From an uncultured Elusimicrobia bacterium (GTDB taxonomy: Bacteria > Elusimicrobiota > Elusimicrobia > 2-01-FULL-59-12), in the NCBI GenBank assembly GCA_963702895.1, contig OY969767.1:1984001-2048000 (forward strand): a stretch of DNA of 64,000 nt, written 5' to 3'. Of the stretch, positions 59,080-64,000 are shown in pieces. The first letter of the stretch is position 1, and every line of letters begins with the position of its first letter. Both the position numbers and the translations under genes were made by a program. The notes below the pieces were generated by a model. The model searched no databases and had not been told where the DNA came from. It worked only from the letters and a program-made list of their open reading frames with translations.

Positions 59080-59769
59080 CTAAGAAAGCAGGCCGCGCGC
59101 CGTAAGGCCCAAGAGGACCACGGCCATGTTGCCAATGATGAGATGCACCCAAGTGCGTTCTTGGGATCTGTAGAAGGATAAGTAGGCGATCCAACCCAAC
59201 CAACCGAAGGCGAGCAGAAAAAGTGGCCCCGGCAAGAGAAAGAGACTGGCGCCGATGAGGCGCTCGCCGATAAAACGATATTTTTTGTCCCCCATCATCT
59301 CCGAACGACCCCAGAGATCGCTCTCAATAAAATAGATCAGGACCGACACAAAATGTGAAAGGACCACGACGCAAAGCACAGGAAAGATCCACATCGAGAC
59401 CGCCGTCTCGTTGGTCGTGGGCGAGAGCGCCAGGATCATGACGATATGCACCACCTGGTCCCAGAGAAAAAACCCGGTGCTGTCGGGGCTTCCCGTCTCC
59501 TGAATGGACCAGACCCGCCACTCGTCCTCAAGCCAGTGGAAGAGCGTGATCACGGCGATACAAACCCAGCCATTCATCCGGAGGAGCGGCGCGTCCACCC
59601 AGGTTTGTCCGAGATAGGGCCAGCAAAGCGCGTAAGAAACAAGGGGGTGCGTGAGAGTGTGGATCAGCATGCCCAGCCGGCTTTCGCGCTTCCAAGAGGC
59701 GACCTTATTGGTTTGAAGCGTGAAATCAGCCACAAAATGCGCCAGGATGAGGCGCCAGAAGATTTCCAT
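59080..59769 (-). CDS. DUF3307-like membrane protein
   Basis: LAHFVADFTLQ..., H..., FLWDQVVH, ER. Confidence 0.75.
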   Translation of the reverse strand: MEIFWRLILAHFVADFTLQTNKVASWKRESRLGMLIHTLTHPLVSYALCWPYLGQTWVDAPLLRMNGWVCIAVITLFHWLEDEWRVWSIQETGSPDSTGFFLWDQVVHIVMILALSPTTNETAVSMWIFPVLCVVVLSHFVSVLIYFIESDLWGRSEMMGDKKYRFIGERLIGASLFLLPGPLFLLAFGWLGWIAYLSFYRSQERTWVHLIIGNMAVVLLGLTARGLLS

Positions 59770-61814
59770 TATTTGCTTTTCACCTCAAAAACACCATCCC
59801 AATCGTCCGCCGGTGGTGTCTCCATAAACATTTCGGCTCTTTGAATATAGGCCATACTGGCCTTATCTTGTCCCAAGATTTGTGTGACTTCAAGGAATTT
59901 CTTTTTAGCTAAATCGAATTGTTTTTCCGTGAAAAGTTGTATGGCCTCATGGTGAATGGGAAGGGCCTTTTGCCAGACGGGATCAAGCCCCCCTTTCTCC
60001 GCCAGGAGCTCGTAGACCTTCACAGGTTTGGCCTTGCCGGGAACCCGGATCTTGTCCAGAAAGCGCACCTCAAATTGGTCATGGACCATTTCATAAGTAA
60101 ATTCGCTGATCATGATGGAGGAGCCAAAAGCCTTATTGGCCCCTTCCAGGCGCGATCCCAGATTCACATTATCCCCCATCACCGTGAACTGTTTCTTTTG
60201 GGCGGACCCCATATAGCCCGCCGCCATGATCCCGGTGTTGATGCCGATCCGCGCGCCGAGCGCCACAATGCCACCCCTCTTTTTAAGATCTTCGTTCAAA
60301 TCCTTCAGGCGCTTAGCGCTGCCAAGCGCGCAGCGACACGCGCGCTCGGCGTGGTCGGGCTGTTTGAGCAGTCCATTCCAGAACGCCATGATGCCGTCGC
60401 CCATGTACTTGTCGACGTAGCCGCCGTTTTCAAAGATCACGTCCGTCATCGACGTAAGATAGTGATTGAGCAAGTCCACCAACTCTTCCGGTTGAAGCCT
60501 CTCCGAAATCGAGGTGAAGCCCGCCAAATCCGAAAAAAACACGGTCATCTCGCGGCGCTCCCCTGTTTTTTTCAAGATCTCCGGGTTCTCCATAAGAACG
60601 TCAAGAAGTTCGCCAGAGACTTGCTGGCTGAAAAACGATTTCACCAGGCGCTTCTCGCGTTCCTCCGTAAAGAATCGATAAATGACAATGGCGCCATACG
60701 AGGTGAGAAGTGTCAGAAGAGGCCCCGCCATGTCCATGACGACTTGCCGGCTCGTAAAGAGCCATTGCGCGTATCCGACGAAGGCCGCTCCCGCCAAAAG
60801 CGCCCACAGAGCCCCCGCCCACGCCGATGCTCGAACAAGAAGCAGTCCCGCCAAAAGCGCGAACATCGCGATCCCCACATAGGTCCATTTCACTTTTTCC
60901 AGGCGGAGTGCGTTGAGCCTCAGCAGGTTGTCAATGACGTTGGCGTGGAACTCCACGCCAGGCATGAAACTGGAAGTTGGCGTCGGATAATGGTCAAAGG
61001 TTCCTGTGGCGCTTGAGCCGACCAGCAGCACTTTCCCCGCCAGGTTCTTCGCCGGAAACTGGCCGCGGAGCACATCCGCGTAGGGGATGTAGGGAAACGT
61101 ATAGTCTTTCCCCACAAAATTTAAAAGCATACGGCCCTTCTCGTCACGCGGCACCAGGCGCAGGACCTCACTCGGTTCCTTGCCCAAATAGAGCGCCGCG
61201 GCTTCCACCGATAGGAGCGCGATCTCTTGGCCTTGGACAGTGACTTGTCCACGGGCACTGCGAAGCACACCATCTTCATCGATAAAGGCGTTGACGTAGC
61301 CGGCCCTCCCGATCGCGTCCAGGAGGGCGGAGAAAGGGAGTTGAACCTGAACGATTTCATCTCCCTCGCTTTGGAAAAAGTAGGAATGGACCACCCAGGG
61401 ATATCGCTGGGTGGCGCGAACCAGCATGCGGTCCCCCACCGTATCCAACGAGAAGGGCTCAAGGAAGAGTACATCAAAGGCGAGAGCCTTGGGAGGATTC
61501 TTGGCAAGGCGATCGATCAGATTCGCATGGATGCGCCGTGGCCATGGCCACTGATGAAGTTCTTTGAGAGATTTTTCATCGATCGCGATGATGGCGACGT
61601 CCGGGTGGGGTTTTCGATCCCCTTGAATCTTAAATCGCCAATCGAGACAGGCCCACTCCAGGCGCTGCATGAGATAGGCAGCGTTGTAATCGGCAGGATG
61701 TTTGTGGGTTGCCTCCGCCTTGAGAAAGTAATGCTCGCGGCGCGCTTCCAGGAAAGCCCAGAAGGCAGCGACGACGAGCGCTAGAAGAAGACTTATCCAG
61801 TGACTTTTTCGCAT
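59769..61814 (-). CDS. CHASE2-domain adenylate/guanylate cyclase
   Basis: IDEKSL..WPWPR, DEDGVLR, PGVEFHA; FSDLAGFT, DKYMGDGIMAFW, GDNVNLGSRLEG. Confidence 0.92.
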   Translation of the reverse strand: MRKSHWISLLLALVVAAFWAFLEARREHYFLKAEATHKHPADYNAAYLMQRLEWACLDWRFKIQGDRKPHPDVAIIAIDEKSLKELHQWPWPRRIHANLIDRLAKNPPKALAFDVLFLEPFSLDTVGDRMLVRATQRYPWVVHSYFFQSEGDEIVQVQLPFSALLDAIGRAGYVNAFIDEDGVLRSARGQVTVQGQEIALLSVEAAALYLGKEPSEVLRLVPRDEKGRMLLNFVGKDYTFPYIPYADVLRGQFPAKNLAGKVLLVGSSATGTFDHYPTPTSSFMPGVEFHANVIDNLLRLNALRLEKVKWTYVGIAMFALLAGLLLVRASAWAGALWALLAGAAFVGYAQWLFTSRQVVMDMAGPLLTLLTSYGAIVIYRFFTEEREKRLVKSFFSQQVSGELLDVLMENPEILKKTGERREMTVFFSDLAGFTSISERLQPEELVDLLNHYLTSMTDVIFENGGYVDKYMGDGIMAFWNGLLKQPDHAERACRCALGSAKRLKDLNEDLKKRGGIVALGARIGINTGIMAAGYMGSAQKKQFTVMGDNVNLGSRLEGANKAFGSSIMISEFTYEMVHDQFEVRFLDKIRVPGKAKPVKVYELLAEKGGLDPVWQKALPIHHEAIQLFTEKQFDLAKKKFLEVTQILGQDKASMAYIQRAEMFMETPPADDWDGVFEVKSK

Positions 61815-61844
61815 CTTTATAGTTTAAGACTTACGCTGCATTGC

Positions 61845-61913
61845 GGTCACCCCGGTGAAAACCGGGGTCCATCATTATTCAAGTGATGGATTCCGGCTTT
61901 CGCCGGAATGACG
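61845..61913. repeat. CGTC-type REP doublet
   Basis: GTCACCCCGGTGAAAACCGGGGTCCATCA...TGATGGATTCCGGCTTTCGCCGGAATGACG. Confidence 0.8.
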
Positions 61914-61930
61914 ATCGGTTTTCGCAAGTT

Positions 61931-63217
61931 TTACGCTGTCTCTAAGGAATAAAGATGCGAGATTAAGAGCGATTTTTCAATGGTTTTTTGTGTTCCGGTG
62001 GAAAAAGTTTTGAACGTCACCTTGCCTTGCTTGACTTCGTCTTCGCCTAGAATGACCGCGTGACCGGCGCCGATCCGGTCCGCGATCGTGAGTTGAGCGC
62101 TCAGTTTCTTCTCAAAGAAGCCTCCATCGAACCTGATGTCTCTGGCCGCAAGCGTCTTGTCCTGCCGAAGCTGTTCAAGGAGAACGAACGCTTCCTGGGA
62201 AGCTTTCTCCCCCATCGCCGCCACAAATATGATGTCCCGGCGTCCCGGCGTCCCGGCGTCTTTCCCTCCAGCCGCCTGCATCGCCTGAATCGCTCGCTCC
62301 ACCCCCATCGCAAACCCAAGCGCCGGCACATCAGGTCCCCCCAGCTCTTGAACCAATTGGTCGTACCGGCCACCGGCCGCCAACGCGTCTTGAGCACCCA
62401 GCACCGAAGTCGTCACTTCGAAAATCGTGCGACTGTAGTAATCGAGCCCTCGCACCAGTCCAGGCACAACCTCAAAGGCGACCCGGGCTGCTTGGAGATA
62501 TCGTACGACGTCGTCAAAATGTGTCCGGCAAGGCGCGCACCAGAACTTGTCGATCGTCGGCGCGTCTTGGAGCTTCGGGCCATCCACTTTGCAATCCAGG
62601 GCTCGGAGTGGGTTCTTGTCGTAGCGCGTCTGGCAGTCCTCACAAAGCGTAGAGAGTTTGCTCTTCAAATACGCTCGCAGGGCCTGTAAATAGGGGGGAC
62701 GGCATTGCGCGTCGCCGAGGCTGTTGATCTTAAGACGCGCGTCCTGGATGCCGACACCCAGGAAGAGCTTCTCGATCAGGCTCAAGAGCTCCGCATCAGC
62801 GACGGGAGAGGCATTGGCAAAATACTCCGCGCCAATCTGCCAAAACTCCCGGTAGCGCCCCGCCTGGGGACGCTCGGCGCGGAACATTGGCCCTATGTAA
62901 AACAGCTTGCAAAATGGAGCATTTTGAGATAAATGATGCTCGATTAAAGCCCGCACGACGCCGGCGGTCCCTTCCGGTCTTAGCGCGAGCTTGCGGCCGC
63001 CGCGGTCCTCGAAAACGTACATCTCCTTTTGTACGACATCGGTGGTTTCACCGAGGGACCTTTGAAAGAGATCGACGGACTCAAAGGTGGGCGTGCGAAT
63101 TTCTTGGTAGCCGTAGCATTTGAAAAGGTCCCGCGCGTGGACCTCGAGGCGCTCAAACTGAGCGGCATCTTGCGGGAGGATATCCTTGGTGCCACGAATC
63201 GCTTGGTACTTGGGCAT
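61931..63217 (-). CDS. hisS: Histidine--tRNA ligase
   Basis: RGTKD, LRPEGTA, FRAERPQAGRYR, LVRGLDYY, GGRYD, GFAMGVER. Confidence 0.97.
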   Translation of the reverse strand: MPKYQAIRGTKDILPQDAAQFERLEVHARDLFKCYGYQEIRTPTFESVDLFQRSLGETTDVVQKEMYVFEDRGGRKLALRPEGTAGVVRALIEHHLSQNAPFCKLFYIGPMFRAERPQAGRYREFWQIGAEYFANASPVADAELLSLIEKLFLGVGIQDARLKINSLGDAQCRPPYLQALRAYLKSKLSTLCEDCQTRYDKNPLRALDCKVDGPKLQDAPTIDKFWCAPCRTHFDDVVRYLQAARVAFEVVPGLVRGLDYYSRTIFEVTTSVLGAQDALAAGGRYDQLVQELGGPDVPALGFAMGVERAIQAMQAAGGKDAGTPGRRDIIFVAAMGEKASQEAFVLLEQLRQDKTLAARDIRFDGGFFEKKLSAQLTIADRIGAGHAVILGEDEVKQGKVTFKTFSTGTQKTIEKSLLISHLYSLETA

Positions 63218-63320
63218 GGTGAGATTATAGACAAAGTGGAGAATATCTTGAATTTATTCCACGAACTTGGAGCAGTAATTTGAGCATTGATGCTCGACTG
63301 AAGAGTCTTGTCTTTTTTGC

Positions 63321-63483
63321 CGTCATACCGGCGAACGCCGGTATCCATCATTTCCATCGGAGCATGATAGACCCCGTCCGCCACACGGCAGGGCGGACGG
63401 CCCCCGCCAAACTTCCGGCGAGGCCTCGCCAGCCGTGTGGCGGGCGCCGGATGTGTGGAGGGCCGGCTTTCGCCGGGGTGACG
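63321..63483. repeat. CGTC-type REP doublet interrupted by a hairpin cassette
   Basis: CGTCATACCGGCGAACGCCGGTATCCATCAT...ATAGACCCCG [insert] CGGCTTTCGCCGGGGTGACG. Confidence 0.75.
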
Positions 63484-63511
63484 CCCAAATTGAATATTTT
63501 TGGCTAAGCCC

Positions 63512-64000
63512 ATGGATTCTCAAATCAAAACAGATGGACTCTTTTTCTTAAGGCGGAACTCGCTCTTTGGTCAATTGGGCGATGATGTCCTGGAGGAGCT
63601 CGTCGCCAAACTCCGAGTTGTCCAAATGGAAAAAGGGAGAGTGATCCTTCAAGCGGAGGAGCCTTGCGACATTCTCTATCTCATCCGCAACGGACACGTC
63701 AGAATCTCGTCCAAGGCCAGCGTCACGGACAACGAAAAAACTCTCGATTACCTGGGCCGGGGCGACGCGCTGGGTGAACTCTCCCTTCTCACAGGAGAGC
63801 CTCAGGTTTTCCAGGTCATCACCGCGACGCCCTGCGAGTTTCTCACGCTCTCAAAATCTGACTTTGACGATGTTCTGGAACACCACCCGCTCGTCGGGAT
63901 GCAGCTCTCACGAGCGCTGTCCAAACGCCTTGCCGTGTCCATTAACCCTCGGGAGGAGAAGCCCAGCCAGCCTCAGGTGATTTCTCTGGTTGCCGCGCTG
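63512..64000 (+). CDS. Cyclic nucleotide-binding domain protein, 3' truncated by window edge
   Basis: Translated by hand: SLFGQL...LYLIRNGHV...LGRGDALGELSLLTGEP...ATPCEFLTLSKSDF; not in the supplied ORF track. Confidence 0.85.
   Translation, partial: MDSQIKTDGLFFLRRNSLFGQLGDDVLEELVAKLRVVQMEKGRVILQAEEPCDILYLIRNGHVRISSKASVTDNEKTLDYLGRGDALGELSLLTGEPQVFQVITATPCEFLTLSKSDFDDVLEHHPLVGMQLSRALSKRLAVSINPREEKPSQPQVISLVAAL

Noticed and set aside
5633..61016. Long antisense ORFs (e.g. 5633-6646, 27734-28774, 29308-30306, 43044-44363, 59919-61016)
   Set aside because: Shadow frames opposite well-supported genes in GC-rich DNA.

Overview
A GC-rich bacterial chromosomal window; porin and lipoprotein genes indicate a diderm, and the taxon cannot be determined from the sequence alone. 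Most of it is housekeeping and on the minus strand: pilB/pilC, a response-regulator cluster, a CCA-adding enzyme, an acyl-CoA ligase, a dpp/opp ABC operon, an M16 peptidase pair, tRNA-Arg(CCG), alaS, GH57/DUF4912, aroF-hisC-pheA, pgeF, a PilT-family ATPase, ftsZ-ftsA-ftsQ-ddl-murB-murC, rlmI, queE/queD, murI, an amidase, a GH161-like phosphorylase, a glycogen debranching enzyme, porin plus P-II, a PduO-type adenosyltransferase, DUF3307, a CHASE2 cyclase and hisS. The unusual part is about 49.9-59.1 kb, around convergent tmRNA (+) and tRNA-Arg(GCG) (-) genes. It holds (i) a ~600-nt highly structured non-coding block before ssrA; (ii) seven inverted copies of the ssrA 3' end, most fused to GC-rich hairpins, bracketing three DUF1016/YhcG genes (one full, two truncated at a 20/22/22-bp repeat array); and (iii) an intact tRNA-Arg nested inside a split pseudo-copy of itself, with two pseudo-copies whose anticodon arm is replaced at identical boundaries by members of a small hairpin family. 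The same hairpin family occurs in a duplicated tRNA-Arg(CCG) 3' end, inside a REP doublet and in frame in pheA. No integrase, transposase, RT or cas gene is visible. All calls come from reading the sequence; no searches or folding programs were run.
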